Shown one piece after another: positions 1-7,781 of a DNA stretch of 32,054 nucleotides (its first letter is position 1; the number at the start of each line of letters is the position of its first letter). The position numbers and the translations under genes are program-made. The notes beneath the pieces are model-generated. The model did no database searches and was not told where the DNA came from. It saw only the letters and a program-made list of their open reading frames with translations. The stretch spans positions 1-32,054 of the forward strand of contig CAZMOH010000001.1 in NCBI GenBank assembly GCA_964567875.1, in the 5' to 3' direction. The stretch comes from an uncultured Candidatus Peribacteria bacterium (GTDB taxonomy: Bacteria; Patescibacteriota; Gracilibacteria; UBA4473).

Positions 1-31
1 AAATGTATTACTAAAAATCCCGCGAAAATTT

Positions 32-160
32 TTATTTTTCGGCTGCTTCAATCGGGTTCTCAATTAAACTAACAACTGTCATTGGACCAACGCCACCAGG
101 AACTGGCGAGATTTTTGCAACAATGTTTTTTGTTGACTTAAAATCAGTATATCTTACTAG
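32..160 (-). pseudogene. folD: C-terminal remnant of folD (methylene-THF dehydrogenase/cyclohydrolase)
   Basis: The minus-strand frame reads LVRYTDFKSTKNIVAKISPVPGGVGPMTVVSLIENPIEAAEK* with the stop at 32-34. PVPGGVGPMT is the conserved FolD C-terminal motif. In-frame TAG-TAA lies at 161-166, there is no start codon, and ychF begins at 272, so the N-terminal ~240 codons are absent. Confidence 0.55.
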
Positions 161-271
161 TTACTATTTTTTTTCGCGAGATTTTTATCATTGCTAATAA
201 TTTGGTTTTACATAAACTAGTGTCGAAAAAATTTCGCGGAATTTTTCTATATAAAACTTCAAAATTATAAA

Positions 272-1372
272 ATGAACTTAAAAATAGGGATTGTCGGTTT
301 ACCAAATGTCGGAAAATCAACACTTTTCAACGCTTTAACTGGTGCCAAAAATGCGGCAGCAGAGAATTTTCCATTTTGTACAATTGACCCTAATGTTGGA
401 ATTGTGAATGTGCCAGATAAACGACTCGAAAATCTCGCGAAAATTGTTAATCCAGAAAAAATACAATATTCCGTAGTAGAATTTGTAGATATTGCCGGAT
501 TGGTTGCCGGGGCTAGTCAAGGAGAAGGTTTAGGGAATAAATTTTTAGCACATATTCGTGAGTGTAGTGCAATTGCGCATGTTTTGCGGGATTTTGAGGA
601 TCCTGATGTGCATCATGTTTCCGCTAAAGTTAATCCTGGTGAGGATTTTGAAGTTATCTTAACAGAGCTTATTTTAGCCGACTTAGAATCAGTTCAAAAA
701 CAAATAGAAAGAGTAACTAAAAAATCACGGAGTGGTGATAAAGAAGCTAAAAAAGATTTAGAATTTCTAGAAAAAATTCGCGGAATTTTAGAAAAAGGGG
801 AACTAGCTAGCTCGCTACAAAAAGAACTAGGCGAAGATTACGCGGAGCTTAAAAAGTTTCATTTATTAACAACTAAACCTTTTTTAATCGTAGCCAATAC
901 TTCTGAAGAAAATTTCATTAATTTTAACGAAGAAAAATTCCGCGAAAAATTAGGCAACAAATTTTCAAAAGTACCGATTGTGCCAATTTGTGCTAAAACG
1001 GAAGCTGAACTGGCCGAACTAGACCCAGCCGAACGATTAGAGTTTTTAAAAGAACTGGGAACTGATAAGTCAGGGTTAGAATTACTAACTCAAAAAAGTT
1101 TTGAATTATTAGGTTTACAAAGTTATTTCACAGCGGGCGTAAAAGAAGTGCGGGCTTGGACAATCTATAAAGGAGACACCGCTCCGCAAGCAGCGGGAGC
1201 AATTCATACTGATTTTGAAAAAGGGTTTATTAAAGCTGACACAATTGCCTATGAAGACTTTATCAAATATGGTGGAGAAGCTGGAGCCAAGGAAGCGGGG
1301 AAAATGCGAATGGAAGGAAAAGATTATATCGTTCAAGACGGTGATGTGATGCACTTTAAATTTAATGTGTAA
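272..1372 (+). CDS. ychF: Ribosome-binding ATPase YchF (OLA1 family GTPase)
   Basis: The N-terminus is MNLKIGIVGLPNVGKSTLFNALT (P-loop). Length is 366 aa, and the C-terminal TGS-like end is ...DGDVMHFKFNV. Confidence 0.95.
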   Translation: MNLKIGIVGLPNVGKSTLFNALTGAKNAAAENFPFCTIDPNVGIVNVPDKRLENLAKIVNPEKIQYSVVEFVDIAGLVAGASQGEGLGNKFLAHIRECSAIAHVLRDFEDPDVHHVSAKVNPGEDFEVILTELILADLESVQKQIERVTKKSRSGDKEAKKDLEFLEKIRGILEKGELASSLQKELGEDYAELKKFHLLTTKPFLIVANTSEENFINFNEEKFREKLGNKFSKVPIVPICAKTEAELAELDPAERLEFLKELGTDKSGLELLTQKSFELLGLQSYFTAGVKEVRAWTIYKGDTAPQAAGAIHTDFEKGFIKADTIAYEDFIKYGGEAGAKEAGKMRMEGKDYIVQDGDVMHFKFNV

Positions 1373-1398
1373 GTTTTAAGCTAAAACTTCGCGGGATT

Positions 1399-2382
1399 TT
1401 AATCTTTTTTCCAGCTATAAAAATAAAGACCTATAATTATTACAGTTAATAACAATAGTGCCTGAATCTTTTTCCAGCCAGTTAACAAAATAGAAATCCC
1501 CGCGAAATTTATTGAAATTATCATAAACAAAAAAACAGCTTTTTTTTCACCAATTTTTTGCGAAACCAAGTGGTGTAGATGTTTTCCATCTCCTTTAAAT
1601 GGTGATTTTTTATCAATAAAAATTCGTCTAATTGTTACAAACCCTAAATCAAGTAAAGGAAAACCTAGAATTAAAAGAGTAGTGGCAATTTTTGTTCCAG
1701 CCATAATAGATAGAATAGCTAATAAAAATCCAATAACTTGTGAGCCAGTATCTCCCAGCAAAATTTTTCCGCGAAAAAAAGTTAGCCAACTTCCTAGCAT
1801 TATTCCTGCGAGTGAAAAAGTTAAGCTTTGAGCTAGGGATAAATCATTTTCCCAAATAACTTCAGGACGAATTAATCCAAAAATACCCAAAGCCAAAAAT
1901 CCAATTCCTGCTACTCCAACACATAATCCTTTCAAGCCATCAAACCAATTCATGGCATTTTGGATAGCTATAATCCAAAAAATAGTTAGAGGAATTGCCA
2001 AATTTCGCGGGATTTCTAGGCTACTATTCCCAAACGGATTGCCAATATAATCAATCTTATCAATAAAAATTGCAAAGATCAAAGCTATTAAGAACTGAGT
2101 TAGAAGTCGCGGCCAAACAGGGAGTTTTTTTCGATCGTCCCAAAAAGAAATTCCTGCGAGAATTATTACTAATCCAAATAAAAGCCATAATTTTTGCCAG
2201 ATTAGTAAGGATAAAATTATTATTATAAGCGTTAATCCTCCGGGGTAAGGGATTTTTTCGCGAGATTTTCCATAGCGTTCAGGAAAATCTAAAAGTCCTA
2301 TTTGAGGAAAAATTTTTACAGAAAATTTTATCAGCAAGGCTGAAATTATTCCGAAAATTAAAAACAATTGAAGATAAAACAT
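1399..2382 (-). CDS. Glycosyltransferase family 4 polyprenyl-phosphate sugar-1-phosphate transferase (WecA/MraY-like)
   Basis: Polytopic membrane protein of 327 aa. It carries NAMNWFDGLKGL (NxxNxxDGxDGL-type), LGDTGSQ and KHLHHLV motifs typical of the WecA/MraY family. Confidence 0.85.
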   Translation of the reverse strand: MFYLQLFLIFGIISALLIKFSVKIFPQIGLLDFPERYGKSREKIPYPGGLTLIIIILSLLIWQKLWLLFGLVIILAGISFWDDRKKLPVWPRLLTQFLIALIFAIFIDKIDYIGNPFGNSSLEIPRNLAIPLTIFWIIAIQNAMNWFDGLKGLCVGVAGIGFLALGIFGLIRPEVIWENDLSLAQSLTFSLAGIMLGSWLTFFRGKILLGDTGSQVIGFLLAILSIMAGTKIATTLLILGFPLLDLGFVTIRRIFIDKKSPFKGDGKHLHHLVSQKIGEKKAVFLFMIISINFAGISILLTGWKKIQALLLLTVIIIGLYFYSWKKD

Positions 2383-2424
2383 CTTTTTTCATAAAAAATA
2401 ATATCATAAACATCTTTTTTATTA

Positions 2425-2442
2425 AAAATTTCGCGGGATTTT
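2425..2442 (-). repeat. Exact 18-mer motif copy (AAAATTTCGCGGGATTTT on the + strand)
   Basis: Lies in the divergent spacer between the GT4 gene and rplP. Confidence 0.95.
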
Positions 2443-2503
2443 ATTCAATATGACATTTATTCGGAATACTTTTTGTTGTATTTTAAAAACTTGCAAAAAA
2501 ATC

Positions 2504-2531
2504 TTGACAGAAATTCTTTCTAAAATAGAAT
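2504..2531 (+). promoter_or_regulatory. Sigma70-like promoter of the rplP operon
   Basis: TTGACA (2504-2509), a 16-nt spacer, then TAGAAT (2526-2531), 25 nt upstream of the rplP ATG. Confidence 0.45.
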
Positions 2532-2556
2532 CGCCCAGCTTTTTTGACGAAAAATT

Positions 2557-2973
2557 ATGCTTCAACCAAAGAAAACGAAACACAGAAAGCAGTTTAGATT
2601 GCGTTCGCAATCAAAAGGGATTTCTACCCGAGGGGCGACTATTGCCTTTGGGAAAATTGGAATTAAGACGGTTCAAGCTGGAGAAATTACGGCGCGACAA
2701 ATAGAAGCAGCTCGTCGAGTTATTTCAAGATCTTCTAAGCGTGGAGGAAAAGTTTGGATTAGAATTTTTCCTGATAAGATTTTGACTTCCAAAGGGGCAG
2801 AAGTTCCAATGGGATCAGGAAAAGGGTCGCCTGATAAATGGGTTTGCCAAGTTAAACCAGGACGAATTTTGTTTGAAATGGCTGGGGCAGATATGGCAAC
2901 TATGAAAGAAGCATTACGGTTGGCAATTTATAAATTACCGGTGAAATGCAAAATTATTACTACTGAAATTTAA
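2557..2973 (+). CDS. rplP: 50S ribosomal protein L16
   Basis: MLQPKKTKHRKQFR...WIRIFPDK...GKGSPDKWVCQVKPGRILFE matches the canonical L16 pattern. Confidence 0.97.
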   Translation: MLQPKKTKHRKQFRLRSQSKGISTRGATIAFGKIGIKTVQAGEITARQIEAARRVISRSSKRGGKVWIRIFPDKILTSKGAEVPMGSGKGSPDKWVCQVKPGRILFEMAGADMATMKEALRLAIYKLPVKCKIITTEI

Positions 2974-2974
2974 G

Positions 2975-3181
2975 ATGAAAGTTCAAGAATTACGTCAAAT
3001 GACAGAAAAAAAACTTAATCAAAAATTAAGGGAGATGCGTCGTGAATTAAATAGTGCTAAATTTCGCGTAAAAACTGGGCAAAATCAAAACACAGCTCAG
3101 ATCAAGAAATTAAGAAAAACAATTGCTAGGATTTTGACAATTCTTCAGGAAATGAAGGATAAATTAACTAAAACTGCATAA
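2975..3181 (+). CDS. rpmC: 50S ribosomal protein L29
   Basis: 68 aa beginning MKVQELRQMTEKKLNQKLREMRRELNSAKFR. It sits in the conserved position between L16 and S17. Confidence 0.9.
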   Translation: MKVQELRQMTEKKLNQKLREMRRELNSAKFRVKTGQNQNTAQIKKLRKTIARILTILQEMKDKLTKTA

Positions 3182-3183
3182 TA

Positions 3184-3417
3184 ATGATTACAAAAAAAGG
3201 AACGGTTATTAAGGTTATTGATGATAAAACTGCGAAAGTAGAGGTACACAGTTATCGTCAACATAAGATTTATAAAAAACGGTACAGAATTACAAAAAAT
3301 TATTTAATAGATACTCCAAATCGTTTAAATGAAGGAGATCAGGTTGAAATTGAACAATGTCGTCCTGTTTCTAAACGAAAACATTGGAGATTAGCAGTAA
3401 AACCAGCGAAAAAATGA
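3184..3417 (+). CDS. rpsQ: 30S ribosomal protein S17
   Basis: 77 aa with [16 protein letters not shown]...[14 protein letters not shown]...[20 protein letters not shown]. It ends in TGA, overlapping the rplN ATG as ATGA. Confidence 0.93.
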   Translation: MITKKGTVIKVIDDKTAKVEVHSYRQHKIYKKRYRITKNYLIDTPNRLNEGDQVEIEQCRPVSKRKHWRLAVKPAKK

Positions 3418-3782
3418 TTCAACATATGTCTTGGTTACAGGTAGCTGATAATACTGGTGCAAAGAAAGTTATGTGCATCAAGGTATTAGGAGGATCCAAA
3501 CGACGATATGCTCGCGTGGGAGATGTTATTGTTTGTACAGTAAAAGAGGCTGCACCTAAAGGTGTTGTTAAGAAAAAGTCTGTGCAAAAAGCAGTTGTTG
3601 TCAGAACAACTAAAGATATTAAACGACCGGATGGTTCTATTCTCCGTTTTGATGAAAATGCAGTTATTATTATTAACAATGAAGGACAACCAAAAGGAAC
3701 TCGTGTTTTTGGGCCGGTTGCCCGTGAACTTCGAGCCAAAGGTTATCAGAAAATTATATCACTAGCTCCTGAAGTATTATAA
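3414..3782 (+). CDS. rplN: 50S ribosomal protein L14
   Basis: [18 protein letters not shown]... is the canonical L14 N-terminus. The tracked ORF start at 3384 overlaps S17, and ATG 3414 (ATGA coupling) gives 122 aa. Confidence 0.95.
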   Translation: MIQHMSWLQVADNTGAKKVMCIKVLGGSKRRYARVGDVIVCTVKEAAPKGVVKKKSVQKAVVVRTTKDIKRPDGSILRFDENAVIIINNEGQPKGTRVFGPVARELRAKGYQKIISLAPEVL

Positions 3783-3783
3783 A

Positions 3784-4128
3784 ATGAAATTTAGAATTAA
3801 TGACGATGTCGTAATAATCGCGGGAAAAGATCGCGGAAAAACTGGGAAAATTACAAAAGTTTTGCCTAAAAAAGGAAAAGTGATTGTAGAAGGAGTTAAT
3901 AAAGCTATTAAGCATGTTAAAGGTAGAAACGGAGAAGCAGGAGAACGAGTAGAGTTTTTCGCTCCAATTGATGTTTCTAATGTAGCGATTGCTGATCCCA
4001 AAGATGGAAAACCTTCTAAGATTGGGTATCGAGTTGAAGGTAAGACAAAAGTTAGGTTTGCGCGAAAATCTGGAACTGTTTTACCAACAGCTTCCAAAAA
4101 AACTGCTAAAAAAGTTGTTAAAAAATAA
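3784..4128 (+). CDS. rplX: 50S ribosomal protein L24
   Basis: Contains the KOW motif (DDVVIIAGKDRGKTGKITKV) and sits in the conserved position after L14. Confidence 0.93.
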   Translation: MKFRINDDVVIIAGKDRGKTGKITKVLPKKGKVIVEGVNKAIKHVKGRNGEAGERVEFFAPIDVSNVAIADPKDGKPSKIGYRVEGKTKVRFARKSGTVLPTASKKTAKKVVKK

Positions 4129-4134
4129 TTAAAA

Positions 4135-4701
4135 ATGAAATCCGAATTATACGAAAAATATCAGAAAGAAATTCGCGGGAAACTGCAAAAGGACTTGGGT
4201 ATTAAAAATCCAATGGAGGTTCCAAAGATTGAAAAAATTGTTATCAATGCTGGAATTGGGTCTTATTTACAGAAATTGGGGTCAAAAGATACTTCATATG
4301 TTGAAGAATGTTTGTCAAATATTGCTGGACAAAAAGCATTGGTAAATAAGGCTAAACTTTCTATCTCTAATTTTAAATTGCGAGAGGGAATGCCGGTGGG
4401 AGTTTCTGTTACTTTGCGAAAAGAACAAGCTTATAATTTTCTTTATAAATTAATTAATCTTGTTTACCCACGGGTACGAGATTTTCGCGGAGTTGGTGGA
4501 AATCCCTTTGATAAAAATGGAAATTGTTCAGTTGGATTTAAAGACCATACAGTTTTTATGGAAGTGGAAAAACCAGAAAATTCAAATAAAATTTTTGGAT
4601 TACAGGTTGTAATAGTTACTTCCACGAAAAATAAAGAACATGCGAAAGCTCTTTTAACGGAATTTGGATTTCCTTTTAAGAAAAAATTAACTAATAAATA
4701 A
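4135..4701 (+). CDS. rplE: 50S ribosomal protein L5
   Basis: 188 aa with an L5-type pattern (PKIEKIVINAGIG... NFKLREGMPVGVSVTLR) and conserved gene order. Confidence 0.95.
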   Translation: MKSELYEKYQKEIRGKLQKDLGIKNPMEVPKIEKIVINAGIGSYLQKLGSKDTSYVEECLSNIAGQKALVNKAKLSISNFKLREGMPVGVSVTLRKEQAYNFLYKLINLVYPRVRDFRGVGGNPFDKNGNCSVGFKDHTVFMEVEKPENSNKIFGLQVVIVTSTKNKEHAKALLTEFGFPFKKKLTNK

Positions 4702-4704
4702 AAA

Positions 4705-4929
4705 ATGGCTCGAAAAGCAATTGTCGTCAAATCACGAAAATTTATGGAACGATATCTTCTCGCGAAAAAAGAAGGTCGTAAAATAAAAAAATCAACTCAA
4801 GCTTATAATCGCTGTAGTTTATGCGGTCGTCCGCACGGTTATATGCGTGACTTCGGAATTTGTCGAGTTTGCTTTCGTGAATTAGCTGAAAAAGCTCAAA
4901 TTCCTGGTGTAAAAAAATCTTCTTGGTAA
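4705..4929 (+). CDS. rpsN: 30S ribosomal protein S14 (zinc-binding type Z-like, 74 aa)
   Basis: Contains the zinc ribbon [25 protein letters not shown] (CxxC...CxxC), ends ...KKSSW, and lies between L5 and S8. Confidence 0.9.
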   Translation: MARKAIVVKSRKFMERYLLAKKEGRKIKKSTQAYNRCSLCGRPHGYMRDFGICRVCFRELAEKAQIPGVKKSSW

Positions 4930-4941
4930 AAACTATAAAAA

Positions 4942-5322
4942 ATGATTGATCCTATTGCTGATTTCTTGACTCGTATTCGAAACGCTCAAATGGCTAAACA
5001 TACTGAGCTAGTCGTTCCTTATTCAAAAACAAAGCAAGCTATTGCTGAGGTAATGAGAAAAAATAAATTTTTAACTAGCGTTGAAAAAAGGAAAGACGAG
5101 AAAGGGAAGTTTGATGTTTTAGTTGTGGGATTACCAGCAAAAAAATTAAATCTAAAACGAGTTTCTAAATGTGGACAAAGAATCTACACTTCAGCAGAAA
5201 ACATTCGTAAAGTGACTAATGGTTATGGTATCGCTATTATTTCTACTTCCAAAGGGATGATGACTGGGTACGAAGCTCGTGCTTTAAACATTGGTGGAGA
5301 ATATATTTGTGAAGTTTCTTAA
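4942..5322 (+). CDS. rpsH: 30S ribosomal protein S8
   Basis: Begins MIDPIADFLTRIRNAQMAKH and ends ...GGEYICEVS, the canonical S8 pattern. Confidence 0.95.
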   Translation: MIDPIADFLTRIRNAQMAKHTELVVPYSKTKQAIAEVMRKNKFLTSVEKRKDEKGKFDVLVVGLPAKKLNLKRVSKCGQRIYTSAENIRKVTNGYGIAIISTSKGMMTGYEARALNIGGEYICEVS

Positions 5323-5414
5323 AAAAACCGCGAAATTTTAGTTTAAAAAATAAAAAATATAATAAACAGTAATTTATTTTTTGATTTTAATTAAAGTTTT
5401 CTTAAAAATATTTT

Positions 5415-5726
5415 TTATCCAATCTTTTTGTCATGTGCCTTTTTTATCTGTTTTTTCAATATATTAACAGCTAAATCGGCACATTTTCGGATATTATCAG
5501 TACTAACTTCTGCATGGAAATTACCTAATCCAGGGAATTCCATATTGATAGATAATTCAAAACGATTTCCCGAAGAATGTTTATTTTTTGTAAGTTTTAT
5601 ATTAACCATAACAGATTCATCATTAGAAATTCCCGCGAATTTTTTTAGGGGTAAGAATCTTTTTTCAAAATATGCTTTATCTTCATCAAAAAAAGTAACA
5701 TTGTCTGTTTGAAATTGGAAAATCAT
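5415..5726 (-). CDS. hpf: Ribosome hibernation factor / RaiA-HPF (S30EA) family, short form
   Basis: 103 aa. The pattern NV.F...DKAYFEKRF..LKKF....V.V..K......G..FE.SI....G.FHAEV....I....DLAV..L..QIKK matches the S30EA fold signature. Confidence 0.65.
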   Translation of the reverse strand: MIFQFQTDNVTFFDEDKAYFEKRFLPLKKFAGISNDESVMVNIKLTKNKHSSGNRFELSINMEFPGLGNFHAEVSTDNIRKCADLAVNILKKQIKKAHDKKIG

Positions 5727-5840
5727 TTTTTAAAATGGTTAAAAATTATTACTCTAATGATAAGTCTGATTATAAATATTTTCAACTAGAAATTTTCTTT
5801 TAAATTGTTTTTTTATATTTTTTAAGTAATTTAGTAGCAT

Positions 5841-6242
5841 ATGAAGAAGTTTAAACTAATTGAATTTCCATTATTTTCTGACAAAAAAGGAACGCTTATT
5901 CCGTTTGAATTTTCAGATATTCCTTTTCCAGTTAAGCGTGTTTATCTAGTTACAGGAAAAAAAGAAGTCCCTCGCGGACAACATGCTCATATTATTGAGG
6001 ATGAACTTTTTGTAGCAGTTTCAGGTTCAATTTTAATTAAAATAAATGATGGAATTAAAGATTATGAATTTTTATTAGATAAACCCAATAGAGGACTTTT
6101 GGTGAAAAAAAATTGTTGGCATGAGCTTCATAACTTCACAAAAGATACTATAGTAATGGCTTTTTCCTCCACAGAATATCTTCCAGGTTCTAAGAATTAT
6201 ATTACAAATAAAGAGGAATTTTTTAAAAAATATAAAAATTAA
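5841..6242 (+). CDS. WxcM/FdtA-like cupin (sugar 3,4-ketoisomerase family)
   Basis: 133 aa with KLIEFPLFSDKKGTLIPFEF...VKRVYLVTG...PRGQHAH...ELFVAVSGS, as in the FdtA/WxcM C-terminal domain. Confidence 0.7.
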   Translation: MKKFKLIEFPLFSDKKGTLIPFEFSDIPFPVKRVYLVTGKKEVPRGQHAHIIEDELFVAVSGSILIKINDGIKDYEFLLDKPNRGLLVKKNCWHELHNFTKDTIVMAFSSTEYLPGSKNYITNKEEFFKKYKN

Positions 6243-6258
6243 AATCCCGCGAAATTTT
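6241..6258 (+). repeat. Exact 18-mer motif copy (AAAATCCCGCGAAATTTT on the + strand)
   Basis: Overlaps the TAA stop (6240-6242) of the FdtA-like gene and lies 3' of tRNA-His. Confidence 0.95.
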
Positions 6259-6271
6259 TTTAACTATAAAA

Positions 6272-6347
6272 TGGGGCGAACGGTGGGGATCGAACCCACG
6301 GCCAGCTGGACCACAACCAGCTGCTCTACCACTGAGCTACGTTCGCC
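6272..6347 (-). tRNA. tRNA-His (anticodon GTG)
   Basis: The reverse complement folds as a cloverleaf: G-1 + GCGAACG / TA / GCTC-AGTGGTA-GAGC / A / GCTGG-TTGTGGT-CCAGC / TGGCC / GTGGG-TTCGATC-CCCAC / CGTTCGC / C / CCA. The extra G-1 paired with C73 is the His identity element, and CCA is encoded. Confidence 0.9.
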
Positions 6348-6363
6348 GTGATAGGCGGAGCAG

Positions 6364-6391
6364 ATTATAAATTCTTTTGCTTTTTTCGCAA
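6364..6391 (-). promoter_or_regulatory. Sigma70-like promoter of tRNA-His
   Basis: On the minus strand: TTGCGA (6386-6391), a 16-nt spacer, then TATAAT (6364-6369), 16 nt upstream of the tRNA 5' end. Confidence 0.5.
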
Positions 6392-6454
6392 ATCTTTTCT
6401 GAAAATGACGAAATTTATTTTCGTTTTGAGTATTTTTTGTGTACAATAAAACTG

Positions 6455-7711
6455 ATGTTAAGTTTTTTTTTCAATTTTCTATTTCTAATAACACAAAAAA
6501 TAGAGCTCACTCAAAATCCTGTTTTGAATGAGGCAGAGTTCCATAACAGTGCCCCTTTAAGAAAAATTAAAATCCCGCGAAATTTTAAAAAAAAGATAAC
6601 TTTTTCTTCATCAAAACAAATCTGTCAGTCAAGATTTTTTACTAAATCTGATCAAAAAACATCACAAATAGATAACTTAGACTTTCCTTTAAATAAATAT
6701 TTTCGCCAAACTCTATCTACACCAACTCAAGTCAAAGGAATTTATTTAACTGGATATACTTTTTCTAATAAAAAGAAACGGACAGATTTAATAAATCTTA
6801 TAAAAAATACAGAATTAAACACGATTGTTATTGATTTTCAAGATTCAGATGGAGGGCTTATGTTTCCTGTTCAAGATCCAGAATTACAAAAAATTCCTCT
6901 TTCTACAGTTTATTTATCACGAAAGAAATTCCGCGAAATTTTAAATAAAATACACAAAGAGGGGATTTATACGATTGTTAGGATTACAACTTTTCAAGAT
7001 TCTGGAGCAGTAAAAGCTTTTCCTGATTTAGTTTTAAAAAACAAAAGAGGTGATGATTGGAAAAATTATAAGAATCTTTCTTGGTTAGATATGACAAATA
7101 AAAAATCTTGGGAAATTCCCGCGAAAAAAGCCTTAGAAGCAGTTAAAATGGGATTTGATGAAGTTCAATTTGATTATGTTCGTTTTCCCACAGATGGGAA
7201 TTTAAAATCAATTTCATATTATGAATTAGGAGATAAAAAGAAGTACGAGGTTTTAATAGATTTTTTCTCCTTTTTACAAAAACAAAAAAAGAAACTAGGG
7301 GTTCCTATTTCTGTAGATTTATTTGGTATAACTTACGCAAATTACAGTAATATTTCGCGGGATTTAATGATTGGTCAACGTTTAATTGATGCAGTTAAAT
7401 ATTTTGATTATGTATCTCCAATGCTTTATCCGTCACATTATGTTTCAGGTTATTTAGGCTATAAAAATCCCGCGAATTTTCCATATCAAGTTATTTCAAA
7501 AGCTTTATATGATGGACATAATATGATTAGGAGACACACAAAACAGCCCATTACTAAGACTAGACCATGGCTTCAATCTTTTAATTTAGGAGCAATTTAT
7601 GATTATGGGAAAATTCGTGCTGAAATTCGAGCAGTAGAAGAAAGCGGATCTTCTGGATGGATTTTGTGGAATGCTCGTAATGTCTACGGGATTGGGTTGA
7701 ATAAAAATTAA
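6455..7711 (+). CDS. Putative glycoside-hydrolase-like TIM-barrel protein (DUF4015-like), N-terminal signal/TM
   Basis: Contains VKGIYLTGYT...LNTIVIDFQDSDGG...IYTIVRITTFQD...GFDEVQFDYVRFPTDG. The start was moved to ATG 6455 (MLSFFFNFLFLI) because 6377-6454 overlaps the tRNA-His promoter. Confidence 0.7.
   Translation: MLSFFFNFLFLITQKIELTQNPVLNEAEFHNSAPLRKIKIPRNFKKKITFSSSKQICQSRFFTKSDQKTSQIDNLDFPLNKYFRQTLSTPTQVKGIYLTGYTFSNKKKRTDLINLIKNTELNTIVIDFQDSDGGLMFPVQDPELQKIPLSTVYLSRKKFREILNKIHKEGIYTIVRITTFQDSGAVKAFPDLVLKNKRGDDWKNYKNLSWLDMTNKKSWEIPAKKALEAVKMGFDEVQFDYVRFPTDGNLKSISYYELGDKKKYEVLIDFFSFLQKQKKKLGVPISVDLFGITYANYSNISRDLMIGQRLIDAVKYFDYVSPMLYPSHYVSGYLGYKNPANFPYQVISKALYDGHNMIRRHTKQPITKTRPWLQSFNLGAIYDYGKIRAEIRAVEESGSSGWILWNARNVYGIGLNKN
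6569..6586 (+). repeat. Exact 18-mer motif copy
   Basis: Inside the DUF4015-like CDS, where it encodes KIPRNF. Confidence 0.95.
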
Positions 7712-7727
7712 AATTTCGCGGGATTTT
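7710..7727 (-). repeat. Exact 18-mer motif copy
   Basis: Fused to the TAA stop at 7709-7711. Confidence 0.95.
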
Positions 7728-7781
7728 TGCTAGATTTTTTATCCTAAAAAGACAAAATACCAGTGATATTTTTTTTAAAAA

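Noticed and set aside
164-271. Search for further folD coding sequence (frameshifted) between the stump and ychF
   Set aside because: I translated all three minus-strand frames of 161-271. None resembles the FolD Rossmann or catalytic region, and each is interrupted by stops.
2450-2704. 84-aa + strand ORF upstream of and overlapping rplP
   Set aside because: It spans the rplP promoter and is out of frame with the unmistakable L16 CDS. It has no family resemblance.
3419-4097. Antisense ORFs within rplN/rplX (3419..3739, 3486..3689, 3777..4097, plus + strand 3562..3765)
   Set aside because: These are shadow ORFs opposite, or out of frame with, highly conserved ribosomal protein genes.
6264-6446. 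60-aa minus-strand ORF
   Set aside because: It is entirely explained by tRNA-His (6272-6347) and its promoter.
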